This document shows, in pieces, positions 8,745-19,196 of a DNA stretch of 64,000 bases. How positions within the stretch are numbered: the stretch's first letter is position 1; every line of letters begins with the position of its first letter. The DNA is from an uncultured Lachnospiraceae bacterium (lineage in GTDB: Bacteria > Bacillota > Clostridia > Oscillospirales > CAG-272), in the NCBI GenBank assembly GCA_964568425.1, contig CAZMPO010000004.1, positions 29,426 to 93,425 of the forward strand, given 5' to 3'. The notes beneath the pieces are model-generated. The model worked only from the letters and a program-made list of their open reading frames with translations. It searched no databases and was not told the origin of the DNA. Made by a program: the position numbers and the translations under genes.

Positions 8745-8784
8745 AAAAATCACCTTGCGGACCCAAATCCGCAAGGTGATTTTT
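8745..8784 (-). terminator. ppdK terminator hairpin, copy 2 of the direct repeat
   Basis: 17-bp stem AAAAATCACCTTGCGGA-CCCAAA-TCCGCAAGGTGATTTTT, 27 bp downstream of the ppdK stop. Confidence 0.9.
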
Positions 8785-8811
8785 ATGCGTCGGTCACATC
8801 AGACCGAGAAA

Positions 8812-11439
8812 TTATTTATTGTTGATAGCTGCCTGTGCTGCTGCGAGACGTGCGATCGGCACTCTGAAGGGCGAGCAGGAAACATAGGACAGACCGATCT
8901 TGTGGCAGAACTCGATCGAGGACGGGTCGCCGCCGTGCTCGCCGCAGATACCGATGTGCATATCGGGGCGAACCTTTCTGCCGAGAGTGGTAGCCATTTC
9001 CATGAGCTTGCCTACGCCGACCTGGTCGAGTTTCGCGAAGGGATCGTTCTCGAAGATCTTGGTCTCGTAGTAAGCGTTCAGGAACTTGCCTGCGTCATCA
9101 CGCGAGAAGCCATAGGTCATCTGAGTCAGGTCGTTTGTACCGAAGCAGAAGAACTCAGCCTCTTTTGCGATGTCGTCAGCGGTGAGAGCTGCTCTCGGGA
9201 TCTCGATCATGGTGCCGACCTCGTACTTGAGTTCAACGCCTGCCTCTGCGATAACGGCATCAGCGGTCTGAACAACGACATCCTTAACGAACTTGAGCTC
9301 TTTGATCTCGCCTACGAGAGGAATCATGATCTCGGGGACGATCTTCCAATCGGGATGAGCCTTCTTAACGTTGATAGCTGCCTTGATAACTGCCTTGGTC
9401 TGCATCTTTGCGATCTCGGGGTAGGTTACTGCAAGACGGCATCCGCGGTGACCCATCATCGGGTTGAACTCGTGGAGCGAGTTGATGATATTCTTGATGG
9501 TCTCAACCGATTTGCCCTGAGTAGCTGCAAGCAGCTCGATGTCAGCCTCTTCGGTGGGAACAAATTCGTGGAGCGGGGGATCAAGGAAACGAATGGTAAC
9601 AGGGTTGCCCTCGAGTGCCTCGTAAAGAGCCTCGAAGTCGCTCTGCTGCATCGGCTCGATCTTTTCAAGAGCTGCCTCTCTCTCCTCAACGGTGTCGGAG
9701 CAGATCATCTCACGGAAAGCGGCAATTCTCGATTCCTCGAAGAACATGTGCTCGGTACGGCAAAGACCGATACCCTCTGCGCCAAGCTCGCGAGCCTTCT
9801 TTGCGTCTGCGGGAGTGTCAGCATTGGTTCTGACCTGAAGCTTTCTGAACTTGTCAGCCCATGCCATAACTCTGCCAAACTCGCCTGCGATGGTAGCGTC
9901 AACGGTGGGGATGATTCCGTCGTAGATGTTACCGGTGGTTCCGTCGATGGAGATCGGATCGCCCTCGTGGTAAACCTTACCTGCGAGCTCGAACTTCTTG
10001 TTTTCTTCATCCATCTTAATGTCGCCGCAACCGGATACACAGCAGGTACCCATGCCGCGTGCAACAACTGCTGCGTGAGAGGTCATACCGCCGCGAACGG
10101 TCAGGATGCCCTGTGCAGCCTTCATGCCCGTGATATCCTCGGGAGAGGTCTCAAGACGAACGAGAACGACCTTTTCGCCGCGTTCTTTCCACTCAACTGC
10201 GTCCTCAGCAGAGAAGACGATCTTTCCGCAAGCTGCTCCGGGCGATGCGCCGAGACCCTTGCCTACGGGATTTGCAGCCTTGAGTGCTTTAGCATCAAAC
10301 TGCGGGTGGAGAAGTGTGTCGAGGTTACGAGGATCGATCATGAGGACAGCCTCTTCCTCGGTTCTCATGCCTTCGTCAACGAGATCGCAAGCGATCTTGA
10401 GGGCAGCCTGAGCGGTTCTCTTACCATTTCTGGTCTGAAGCATATAAAGCTTACCGTGCTCAACGGTGAACTCCATATCCTGCATGTCTCTGTAGTGATT
10501 TTCGAGGGTTGCGCAGACCTGATTGAACTGCTTGAACGCCTCGGGGAATTTTTCTTCCATCTCGGAAATGTGCATAGGAGTACGAACGCCTGCAACAACG
10601 TCCTCGCCCTGTGCGTTGGTCAGGAACTCGCCGAACAGACCCTTTGCGCCTGTTGCGGGGTCACGGGTGAATGCAACGCCTGTGCCGCAGTCATCGCCCA
10701 TGTTGCCGAATGCCATCATCTGTACGTTAACGGCAGTGCCCCAGCTGTAGGGAATGTCGTTGTCGCGGCGGTAAACGTTCGCACGGGGGTTGTCCCACGA
10801 ACGGAAAACTGCCTTGATAGCGCCGATGAGCTGATCTTTGGGGTCGGAGGGGAAGTCCGCACCGATCTTGCTCTTGTATTCTGCCTTGAACTGATTTGCA
10901 AGCTCTTTAAGGTCGTCAGCGGTAAGATCTACGTCAAACTTAACGCCCTTCTTTTCCTTCATTGCGTCGATGAGCTGCTCGAAGTACTTCTTGCCGACTT
11001 CCATAACGACGTCGGAGTACATCTGGATAAATCTTCTGTAGCAGTCCCATGCCCATCTCGGATTGCCCGACATCTCGGCGATGGTCTCGACGACCTCTTC
11101 GTTAAGACCGAGGTTGAGGATCGTGTCCATCATACCAGGCATGGATGCACGCGCACCCGAACGAACCGATACGAGAAGGGGATTCTTCTTGTCACCGAAC
11201 TTCTTGCCGGTAACCTCTTCCATCTTGGAAATGTACTCCATGATCTCAGCCATGATGGAATCGTTGATCTGTCTGCCGTCCTCATAGTACTGAGTGCATG
11301 CCTCTGTTGTGATCGTAAAGCCCTGGGGAACCGGAAGACCGATGTTGGTCATCTCTGCGAGGTTTGCACCCTTACCGCCGAGGAGCTCGCGCATGCTTGC
11401 GTTACCTTCTGTAAAAAGATAGCAATATTTGTTTGCCAT
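8812..11439 (-). CDS. ppdK: Pyruvate, phosphate dikinase
   Basis: LLGGKGANLAEM, SVRSGA, GGMTSHAAVVARG (phospho-His), GLCRTEHMF and GICGEHGG. Confidence 0.98.
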   Translation of the reverse strand: MANKYCYLFTEGNASMRELLGGKGANLAEMTNIGLPVPQGFTITTEACTQYYEDGRQINDSIMAEIMEYISKMEEVTGKKFGDKKNPLLVSVRSGARASMPGMMDTILNLGLNEEVVETIAEMSGNPRWAWDCYRRFIQMYSDVVMEVGKKYFEQLIDAMKEKKGVKFDVDLTADDLKELANQFKAEYKSKIGADFPSDPKDQLIGAIKAVFRSWDNPRANVYRRDNDIPYSWGTAVNVQMMAFGNMGDDCGTGVAFTRDPATGAKGLFGEFLTNAQGEDVVAGVRTPMHISEMEEKFPEAFKQFNQVCATLENHYRDMQDMEFTVEHGKLYMLQTRNGKRTAQAALKIACDLVDEGMRTEEEAVLMIDPRNLDTLLHPQFDAKALKAANPVGKGLGASPGAACGKIVFSAEDAVEWKERGEKVVLVRLETSPEDITGMKAAQGILTVRGGMTSHAAVVARGMGTCCVSGCGDIKMDEENKKFELAGKVYHEGDPISIDGTTGNIYDGIIPTVDATIAGEFGRVMAWADKFRKLQVRTNADTPADAKKARELGAEGIGLCRTEHMFFEESRIAAFREMICSDTVEEREAALEKIEPMQQSDFEALYEALEGNPVTIRFLDPPLHEFVPTEEADIELLAATQGKSVETIKNIINSLHEFNPMMGHRGCRLAVTYPEIAKMQTKAVIKAAINVKKAHPDWKIVPEIMIPLVGEIKELKFVKDVVVQTADAVIAEAGVELKYEVGTMIEIPRAALTADDIAKEAEFFCFGTNDLTQMTYGFSRDDAGKFLNAYYETKIFENDPFAKLDQVGVGKLMEMATTLGRKVRPDMHIGICGEHGGDPSSIEFCHKIGLSYVSCSPFRVPIARLAAAQAAINNK

Positions 11440-11589
11440 AAATCTTTATACCTCCACAAAATTTGAAATATACTAACGGTTTTTTTAGCACCATTTAATT
11501 ATATCACAGAATTAAAAAAAATCAATCCCTCGGGGAAATATTTACAAATAATTAACTTTTTGAAAAACTGTAAATTTTCGCTTTTGCTA

Positions 11590-11618
11590 TTGAAAAATAG
11601 CTCTGTTTGGTGTAAAAT
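11590..11618 (+). promoter_or_regulatory. Sigma-A promoter for glmU'-pth-mfd
   Basis: TTGAAA-17-TAAAAT. Confidence 0.65.
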
Positions 11619-11639
11619 ATAAGGAAGAGTTTTCAAGAG

Positions 11640-12485
11640 GTGGATAAAATGCTTACAAGACAGAGAATAGAAGAAATACTTGCCTCGATCGGACTTCCGA
11701 CCGACACGAAAATATGCTTTGAGGATATATACGATCTCCACGCGGCATCGATCGTCGGTGAGAGCGAGTTGCTTGCCGTCAAGAATATCGCCGATTGGTT
11801 TGATCTTGTAATGACGCTGACCGTCAGATCGGCGATGAATCACATGGAAAACGGCGTTCGCTTTCTGTCGCTCGACGGTGTCGTCGTGTCACCGCTTGCG
11901 AAGATCGGGAAAAACACGGTCATCCACGCAAATACCGAGATACGAAACTCGGTCGAGATAGGCGAGGGGTGCGATATCGGTCCGTCAAGCGTTATATCGC
12001 AAAGCAAGATAGGGAACGGATGCACGGTCAATGCAACGCAAATGTACGAGAGTGTGATGGACGATAACGTCAAGATCGGTCCGTTCTCGCATATCCGTCC
12101 GAATTCGCATCTTTGCTCGGGTGTAAAGATCGGCGATTTCGTAGAGATCAAAAATTCAACGGTCGGCGAGAACAGCCATGCCTCGCATCTTACCTACATC
12201 GGCGATTCGGATGTCGGAAAACGCGTCAATTTCGGTTGCGGCACCGTGACCAGCAACTACAACGGCTACACCAAGGGTCGTTGCAAGATAGGCGACGATG
12301 CTTTTATCGGATGCAACACCAACCTGATTGCACCGGTTACCATAGGCGATCGTGCATATACCGCCGCGGGATCGACCGTCAATAAAGATGTTCCCGACGG
12401 CTCGCTCGCTATCGCGCGTGAGAGGCAGATCAACAAAGAGGGCTGGGCAGACAGATTTGCCGAGCTCAACCGAAAAGAAAAGTAA
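11640..12485 (+). CDS. glmU: GlmU-like protein, acetyltransferase (left-handed beta-helix) domain only
   Basis: IGPFSHIRP, IGDFVEIKNS, SHLTYIGD, NFGCGTVTSNYNG and ARERQINKEGW. No N-terminal LAAGxGxR uridyltransferase motif. Confidence 0.85.
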   Translation: MDKMLTRQRIEEILASIGLPTDTKICFEDIYDLHAASIVGESELLAVKNIADWFDLVMTLTVRSAMNHMENGVRFLSLDGVVVSPLAKIGKNTVIHANTEIRNSVEIGEGCDIGPSSVISQSKIGNGCTVNATQMYESVMDDNVKIGPFSHIRPNSHLCSGVKIGDFVEIKNSTVGENSHASHLTYIGDSDVGKRVNFGCGTVTSNYNGYTKGRCKIGDDAFIGCNTNLIAPVTIGDRAYTAAGSTVNKDVPDGSLAIARERQINKEGWADRFAELNRKEK

Positions 12486-12509
12486 GAAAAATCGCAGGAA
12501 AGACTACCA

Positions 12510-13133
12510 ATGAGTAATATTTTTGACCTTTTTAAGCAGATAGAGAAAAAATCGCCCGTGTCGGCACAGGTGGAATGGCTGATCGTCGGGCTGGGAAATC
12601 CCGGCAAGCAATATGAGCAGACAAGACACAACAACGGTTTTATGGCGATCGACCATATGGCGGACGGGCTTGGCGTGCGCATCACAGAAAGCAAATTCCA
12701 TTCGCTTACCGCAAGGGCAACACAAGGCGGCGTCGGCGTTTTGCTGATCAAGCCGCAGACGCTCATGAATCGCTCGGGGATCGCTGTCGGCGAGGCGGCA
12801 AGCTTTTATAAGATCCCGCCCGAAAGAGTGCTTGTTTTGTCGGACGATATCTCGCTTGATGTCGGAAAGATCCGCACGAGAGCACGCGGAAGCGCGGGCG
12901 GTCACAACGGACTTAAAAGCATAATCGAAGTGCTCGGAAGCGACGCGTTTCCGCGGATCAAGATCGGAACGGGCAATAAGCCGCACCCCGATTACGACCT
13001 TGCCGATTGGGTACTCGGTAAATATCCGTCATCCGATATGGAAAAGCTGAAGGGCGCACTTGACAATGCGGTATCCGCCGCCGAGCTTGTCATTTCGGGT
13101 AAGATCGATCAAGCAATGAACAAATACAACTGA
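12510..13133 (+). CDS. pth: Peptidyl-tRNA hydrolase
   Basis: LIVGLGNPG..Y..TRHNNGF, KPQTLMNRSG and GSAGGHNGLKS. Confidence 0.97.
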   Translation: MSNIFDLFKQIEKKSPVSAQVEWLIVGLGNPGKQYEQTRHNNGFMAIDHMADGLGVRITESKFHSLTARATQGGVGVLLIKPQTLMNRSGIAVGEAASFYKIPPERVLVLSDDISLDVGKIRTRARGSAGGHNGLKSIIEVLGSDAFPRIKIGTGNKPHPDYDLADWVLGKYPSSDMEKLKGALDNAVSAAELVISGKIDQAMNKYN

Positions 13134-13165
13134 CATCACGACGAGATTTTCTATATAGATTTTAT

Positions 13166-16100
13166 ATGAACGAATTACTTAACTTAATGCGCACACGGCG
13201 CGACTATGTACAGCTCTGCAAGCGACTCTCGGATGATCGCGGGAAAAAGCTTCCGTCGCTCGTTACAGGAATGTGCGACGGCGAGCGCGCACTCTTTGTC
13301 GCCGCACTGACAGGCGACAGAGCGAGCAAGGGACAACCCGTGCTCGCGATCCTTCCGAATGAGAAGGAAATATCGAGACTTGCCGCATCCCTCGGCAATT
13401 TCGGGCTCAGAACGAAGATCTACCCGATGCGCGATTTTGTGCTGACCAATATGTCGGCATCACACGAATTTGAATATGAGAGAATTTCGGTGCTTGGCGA
13501 GATAATTGATAATTCTTGCGATATCGTGCTTGCCACTCCGGACGCCGCAGTGCAGTATACGATGCCTGCGGATGTCCTTGTTTCGAGGACGTTTACGCTC
13601 GATAAAAGCTCTCCGATCTTCACCGAGAAGGTCATATCTACTCTTATCGACTGTGGATATGTGCGTGTACCGATGGTGGACTCTCAAGGACAGTTCTCAC
13701 AGCGCGGAGATATCCTTGATATCTTTCCGCCGACGACCGATGATCCCGTGCGAATTGAATCGTTCGGCGATGAGATCGACAGGATCAGCTCGTTTGACGT
13801 AATGACTCAGCGAAGGGTGGATGATCTCGACGCTGTTACGATCTCGCCCGTGCGCGAGGTCATCCCGGATGAGGATGCCAAAAAGACACTCGAGCAGGCG
13901 ATAAGAGCAAAACTCAAAAAAAATCGCTCAAATGCCGAGGTGTCCGATAGCTATGCACGCGAGCTTGAGGATATTACGAGCGGCAGAGAGCTTCTTTCGA
14001 TAGATAAATACATTTCGCTTATTTATCCGCAAAAGCAGTGCCTGCTCGATTATTTTGACGACAATGCGTGCGTGCTTCTTCAAGATTATAACGGAACTGC
14101 CGATCGGATGCACTCGTATGAGTTCACCGAAAACGAAACGCTCCTGAAGCTGATCGAGACGGGACTTTGCGATGCTGTTTACAGCACCCATTTTGCGGGC
14201 GAAAATTTCTTCCTTGATTATATCAGATCGAGAAGAACGGTCATAATGAACACTTTCGCCGTCTCGCTCGGAGGCATGCCGCTGTCTGAGATATACTCTC
14301 TGCCGTCACGCCCCACGAGCGGATATGCCGACAATCCCTCGCTCTTGTTTGAAGAGCTTGACGGCTTTTTGGGCGGCGGATATACCGTGCGTATCCTTTG
14401 CGACGGAGAACAAGGCGCCGAAAACCTGCGCCGCGAGCTGTCAGATCACGGCTACAGCCCGTCAATTACCGAGACAGAGGCGAAAATTCGCCTGATCGTC
14501 GCCCCCGATCTCTCGGGCTTTGAGATCGACAGTGCAAAATTTGCCGTCTTGTCTGTCTGCCGCGGAAGAGGCGGAGCGGTCAAGAAGAACAAAGCGGCAG
14601 TCCGTGTAGGCTCGAAAAAGAAGACCAACGCCGAAAAAATACTCTCCTATACCGAACTTGCCGAGGGCGATTATGTGGTCCACGCGGTTCATGGTGTCGG
14701 ATTGTTTTGCGGTGTCGAAAGCCTTGATGTCGGAGGCGGACGGCGGGATTTTGTCAAGGTCAAATATGCCGGCGATGATCTTTTGTACATCCCCTGCAAC
14801 CAGCTTGACAGCCTGTCAAAATATGTGGGTGCCGCAGAGGGAGTGAGCGTCAAGCTCTCGAGGATGGGAACGCCCGACTGGGCGAAGACCTCAGCGAAGG
14901 TCAAGGCGGCAACACGCGAAATGGCAAAAGAGCTGATAGGGCTCTATGCCGCAAGAATGCGAAAGAGTGGTTTCGCCTTTGAAAAGGATGATGCCATGGA
15001 TCGCGAGTTTGCCGACACGTTCGAGTACGACGAGACCTCAGGTCAGCTTGAGGCTATCGCCGATATCAAACGCGACATGGAATCATCGCACCCGATGGAT
15101 CGACTGCTCTGCGGTGATGTCGGTTACGGCAAGACAGAGGTCGCGCTCCGCGCCGCGTTCAAGGCAGTCCAATCAAACAAGCAGGTGGCAATACTCGTGC
15201 CGACGACGATACTCGCACTGCAGCATTTTCAGACGATCACTTCTCGAATGCGCGGATTTCCGATAAGCGTCGATATGGTGTCACGCTTCCGTACACCCAA
15301 ACAACAGGCTCTGACCCTCAGACGCCTCGATCGAGGCGAGGTCGATATCATAGTCGGAACGCACCGTCTGCTTTCAAAAGATGTGAAATTTCATGATCTC
15401 GGACTCGTTATTATCGATGAGGAACAGCGTTTCGGAGTGGCGCAAAAGGAAAAGCTCAAAACGCTCACCGAAAATGTCGATGTCCTGACACTTACCGCAA
15501 CGCCGATACCGCGAACCATGAATATGGCACTCAGCGGAATACGCGATATGTCTGTGCTTGAGGAGGCACCGGGCGACCGCCTTCCCGTACAGTCTTATGT
15601 TACCGAGTATAACGATCAGCTGATAAACGAGGCGATCAGGCGTGAAATGCGGCGCGGCGGTCAGGTGTTTTATCTTTGCAACAGGATCGAACGGTTCGAT
15701 CGGATAATCGTAAGGCTGTCGGAGGCACTGCCGGATGCGAGGATCGGGGTCGGACACGGGCAAATGGATAAAGAAGAGCTCTCGGATGTCTGGCACTCAA
15801 TGATAAACGGCGATATCGATATCCTTGTCTGCACAACGATCATTGAGACGGGTGTCGATGTCCCGAACGCCAATACGCTCATTATTGAGGATGCCGATAA
15901 AATGGGACTTTCCCAGCTCCATCAGATACGTGGCAGAGTCGGCAGATCGAGCAGACGCGCGTACGCATATTTCACCTATCCAACCGGAAAGGTGCTTACA
16001 GAGGTTGCCGAAAAGCGTCTTGAAGCGATTCGTGATTTTACCGAGTTCGGCGCGGGATTCCGTATTGCCATACGCGATCTCGAAATTCGCGGCGCGGGCA

Positions 16101-16666
16101 ATCTTCTCGGTGCCGATCAGCATGGGCATCTCATGAGTGTCGGTTACGATATGTACATGAAGCTCCTCAATGAGGCGATACTCGAGGAAAAGGGCGAAAA
16201 GGTCGAAAAAAGATCCGAATGCAATGTCGATCTCGGCATTGATGCCTATATTCCCGAAAAATATATCGACAATCCGAACGGGCGCATAGAGGCTTATAAA
16301 AAGATCTCGCTCATTCGCACCTATGAGGATCTCTACGATGTCACCGACGAGCTCCTCGACAGATACGGAGATACGCCCAAGCCGGTGACCAATCTGCTCA
16401 AGATAGCACTGATACGCTCGCTCGGTTCGGAATGCGCTGTTACAAAGATCGTCGCAAAAGATCGCTCAACAGTCATCTACCCCGAAAATTTCAACATTCA
16501 GCCGTGGAGCAAGGTGTCAGCGAAAAACAGCGGCAGAATACTTGTCAGCCTCGGTCAGACCCCGACCGTTACATTGAAAACACCGCAGGGTATCATGCCG
16601 GCGGAGTTTGTGCTGAAGGTTCTCGGAGATTACGCTACCGCACTGAAAGAAAAAGATGATCAATAA
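13166..16666 (+). CDS. mfd: Transcription-repair coupling factor
   Basis: CGDVGYGKTEV, DEEQRFG, TATPIPRT, QIRGRVGR and a TRCF C-terminus. Confidence 0.97.
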   Translation: MNELLNLMRTRRDYVQLCKRLSDDRGKKLPSLVTGMCDGERALFVAALTGDRASKGQPVLAILPNEKEISRLAASLGNFGLRTKIYPMRDFVLTNMSASHEFEYERISVLGEIIDNSCDIVLATPDAAVQYTMPADVLVSRTFTLDKSSPIFTEKVISTLIDCGYVRVPMVDSQGQFSQRGDILDIFPPTTDDPVRIESFGDEIDRISSFDVMTQRRVDDLDAVTISPVREVIPDEDAKKTLEQAIRAKLKKNRSNAEVSDSYARELEDITSGRELLSIDKYISLIYPQKQCLLDYFDDNACVLLQDYNGTADRMHSYEFTENETLLKLIETGLCDAVYSTHFAGENFFLDYIRSRRTVIMNTFAVSLGGMPLSEIYSLPSRPTSGYADNPSLLFEELDGFLGGGYTVRILCDGEQGAENLRRELSDHGYSPSITETEAKIRLIVAPDLSGFEIDSAKFAVLSVCRGRGGAVKKNKAAVRVGSKKKTNAEKILSYTELAEGDYVVHAVHGVGLFCGVESLDVGGGRRDFVKVKYAGDDLLYIPCNQLDSLSKYVGAAEGVSVKLSRMGTPDWAKTSAKVKAATREMAKELIGLYAARMRKSGFAFEKDDAMDREFADTFEYDETSGQLEAIADIKRDMESSHPMDRLLCGDVGYGKTEVALRAAFKAVQSNKQVAILVPTTILALQHFQTITSRMRGFPISVDMVSRFRTPKQQALTLRRLDRGEVDIIVGTHRLLSKDVKFHDLGLVIIDEEQRFGVAQKEKLKTLTENVDVLTLTATPIPRTMNMALSGIRDMSVLEEAPGDRLPVQSYVTEYNDQLINEAIRREMRRGGQVFYLCNRIERFDRIIVRLSEALPDARIGVGHGQMDKEELSDVWHSMINGDIDILVCTTIIETGVDVPNANTLIIEDADKMGLSQLHQIRGRVGRSSRRAYAYFTYPTGKVLTEVAEKRLEAIRDFTEFGAGFRIAIRDLEIRGAGNLLGADQHGHLMSVGYDMYMKLLNEAILEEKGEKVEKRSECNVDLGIDAYIPEKYIDNPNGRIEAYKKISLIRTYEDLYDVTDELLDRYGDTPKPVTNLLKIALIRSLGSECAVTKIVAKDRSTVIYPENFNIQPWSKVSAKNSGRILVSLGQTPTVTLKTPQGIMPAEFVLKVLGDYATALKEKDDQ

Positions 16667-16688
16667 AACAAAAGAAGGAATTACCGCC

Positions 16689-17813
16689 ATGAAATGCTCA
16701 CTTTGCCGCATAACGGCGATATTAATGATCATGGCATTCGCCATCGGATTTTGCTCCTGCGCGTCCGATGATGCGTATGCGATGGAATACAAAGGATACA
16801 AGCTGTCCGAGGGAATGTATAAGTACTGGATGATCAGCTGGAAGGAAAACTTTGTAAACAATTATTCGGACATCGAGGATACCGACGAATATTGGAACGC
16901 GATGACCTCAGAGGACTCCGAGCAGACCAACGCTCAATATATAAGGGACAACATCGAAACGAGAATAAAGTACTATCTTGTCGCGCAGTCGCTCTTTGAC
17001 GAGTACGGACTGTCTCTGAGCAGTGATGCCAAGAAGAAGATCAGCGGATATATTGATGATAAGCTGAACTATTACGGCAGTCGATCCGCGTGCAATGACG
17101 CACTCGAGAAAAAATACGGGATCGATCTCAAGACGCTTGAGAAGATATATACTTGGGAAGAAAAATATCTTTCGGTCTACGATTATCTTTACGGCACGTC
17201 CGGCAAGCTGACTGCAACCGCCGACGAGATCGACAAGTATTATAAAAACTACTACGCACGCGCAAAGTATGTTATGTTCCTTAAGGACTGCAAAAAACAG
17301 TACGATGAGGACGGCAAGCTCGTCACCGATAAAGACGGACATGCGGTCTATGAGGATCTGACCGAGGAAGAGAAAAAGCAGGTCAAAGCCAATGCCGAGG
17401 AGGCGTTTGCCGATGTTAAAGCGGGTAAAAGCTTCGACGGTTTTTCGGATACGATAGACTATTATCTCGATAAATATATGAACGAGCATGTGACGGATAT
17501 AAATAAAAATTATCCGAACGGCTTTTATATCACACCCGACGAATATGCCGTCCATACCGCGGCGGTCACCGAGGCTGTTTTTGATATGGAAGAAGGCGAG
17601 GTCAGATTCGTCGAGAACGAGTCCTGCTATTTCGTTGTAAAAAAATACGCCCTTATAGACGGCGCGTATACATCGACCGTCGACTCGGATCAGTTTTCTT
17701 ACCTTGTATCCTATGCAAACAGCGAGAAATTTACAAACGATTTTTCGGCATACACAAAGGAAATATCGGTCGATCTCGATATTACCTCAAAATACAGCAT
17801 CCCGAGTCTCTGA
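16689..17813 (+). CDS. Lipoprotein, PrsA/SurA-like foldase (divergent)
   Basis: Lipobox-like FCSC; sits after mfd; YARAKYVMF and EAVFDMEEGEV resemble parvulin fold elements. Confidence 0.6.
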   Translation: MKCSLCRITAILMIMAFAIGFCSCASDDAYAMEYKGYKLSEGMYKYWMISWKENFVNNYSDIEDTDEYWNAMTSEDSEQTNAQYIRDNIETRIKYYLVAQSLFDEYGLSLSSDAKKKISGYIDDKLNYYGSRSACNDALEKKYGIDLKTLEKIYTWEEKYLSVYDYLYGTSGKLTATADEIDKYYKNYYARAKYVMFLKDCKKQYDEDGKLVTDKDGHAVYEDLTEEEKKQVKANAEEAFADVKAGKSFDGFSDTIDYYLDKYMNEHVTDINKNYPNGFYITPDEYAVHTAAVTEAVFDMEEGEVRFVENESCYFVVKKYALIDGAYTSTVDSDQFSYLVSYANSEKFTNDFSAYTKEISVDLDITSKYSIPSL

Positions 17814-17840
17814 TCAAACGAGAAAGTGAGGAGTTTCAGC

Positions 17841-18605
17841 ATGGAACTTACGGTCGTAACATTCAACATGAGAGTTGACGTGCCTGCAGACGGAAAAAAT
17901 TATTTCTTCTGCCGCGCACCGTTTATACTCGAAAAGATTAACAAAGAAAAGCCGGATATCATCTGCGCTCAGGAAACGAGTGACGCGATGAGAAATTGGC
18001 TGTCGACAGCACTTGTCGATTATGAAATGATCGGGCAGGGCAGAGAGGCAAATTATCGCGGCGAGTCAAACCCCATCCTTTATAGAAAGGACAAATTTAC
18101 ACCTCTGTCTTTCGGACAGTGTTGGTTGTCCGAGACGCCGAATATCCCGGGGACAAGATACAGAGAGCAGTCGATGTGTCCGCGAATTTGCGTATATGCG
18201 ACACTTCTTGCGGGAGATGAGCGAAAGCCGCTGCGCATATACAGTACCCATCTTGATCATGTAAGCGAGAGCGCGAGACTTCTCGGCATGGATCGCGTCC
18301 TTGGTATTATTGAGCAGGACAGCATGAACACGGATGCCCCCGTTCTTCTGTGCGGCGATTTTAACGCAGAGCCAAATGAGGCTTGCATTCTGCGCGCGGA
18401 CGAATTTTCGCATCCGAAATTGTCCGATCTTACCGCATCGATCGATCATTCCTTCCACGATTACGGCAGACTTCAAAGAAAGTGCAAGATCGACTATATC
18501 TTCTCGAATCTTCCCATGGTCGGGGAGTGCGTCGCTTGGACTGATGAATGGAACGGAATATACCTTTCCGATCATTACCCGCTCTCCGTCAAGGTCGTGC
18601 TTTGA
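17841..18605 (+). CDS. Endonuclease/exonuclease/phosphatase family protein
   Basis: TFN, DIICAQE, THLDH, GDFN, IDYIF and SDHYP motifs. Confidence 0.93.
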   Translation: MELTVVTFNMRVDVPADGKNYFFCRAPFILEKINKEKPDIICAQETSDAMRNWLSTALVDYEMIGQGREANYRGESNPILYRKDKFTPLSFGQCWLSETPNIPGTRYREQSMCPRICVYATLLAGDERKPLRIYSTHLDHVSESARLLGMDRVLGIIEQDSMNTDAPVLLCGDFNAEPNEACILRADEFSHPKLSDLTASIDHSFHDYGRLQRKCKIDYIFSNLPMVGECVAWTDEWNGIYLSDHYPLSVKVVL

Positions 18606-19176
18606 CATCCTTTAAGAAGAGCGAGAAAAACAACCAACAGGAAAAGAGAAAGGGCGATAGCCCTCCTCCGATGTAGAGCAGGCACCAGATCGAACAGAAC
18701 CAAATAATGAATACAGTCGCCGCCGACAGCAGATCAACCGCAGTCGCGGCGACTTTTTCTGAAAATAACATGAGCAGAACCGACCGCAGAGCGGACCCTC
18801 CGTCGAGCGTTTTGATCGGCAGCATGTTCATTATCCCGAATATCAGATTATGCTCGACAAACGCCTCGCAAATGTTGCTTTTGACCCTCGAAAAAATAAG
18901 CGCGAGCAGAATGTTCGTCATCGGTCCGGACAAATAGACGATCAGCTCAAGCTTGTATGAGCAAAGCCGCCCCGAGCGTTTTATCGACAGCCCGAACGGC
19001 GATACCGCAATGTCCGAGATCCTCTCGCCGACGATGAGTATCGCAAAGATGTGCCCGAGCTCATGCGCGCCAAGTGCCGCAAAGAGCATGAGCGTACCGA
19101 TGTTTGGCAAAAGAATTATGTATATCATCGCAAGACAGGCGGTCAAGAGTGTCGCAAGCCGCCTTTTGTTTATCAT
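18589..19176 (-). CDS. M50 site-2 protease, SpoIVFB-like
   Basis: HELGH zinc motif, SGPMTN and NMLPIKTLDGG. Confidence 0.85.
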   Translation of the reverse strand: MINKRRLATLLTACLAMIYIILLPNIGTLMLFAALGAHELGHIFAILIVGERISDIAVSPFGLSIKRSGRLCSYKLELIVYLSGPMTNILLALIFSRVKSNICEAFVEHNLIFGIMNMLPIKTLDGGSALRSVLLMLFSEKVAATAVDLLSAATVFIIWFCSIWCLLYIGGGLSPFLFSCWLFFSLFLKDVKARP

Positions 19177-19196
19177 TGCCTATCACCTCGGTATCA

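Noticed and set aside
8755-11466. 903-aa ORF antisense to ppdK
   Set aside because: It is in codon register with ppdK. Antisense stops need TTA, CTA or TCA sense codons, which this highly expressed gene avoids. It has no recognisable motifs.
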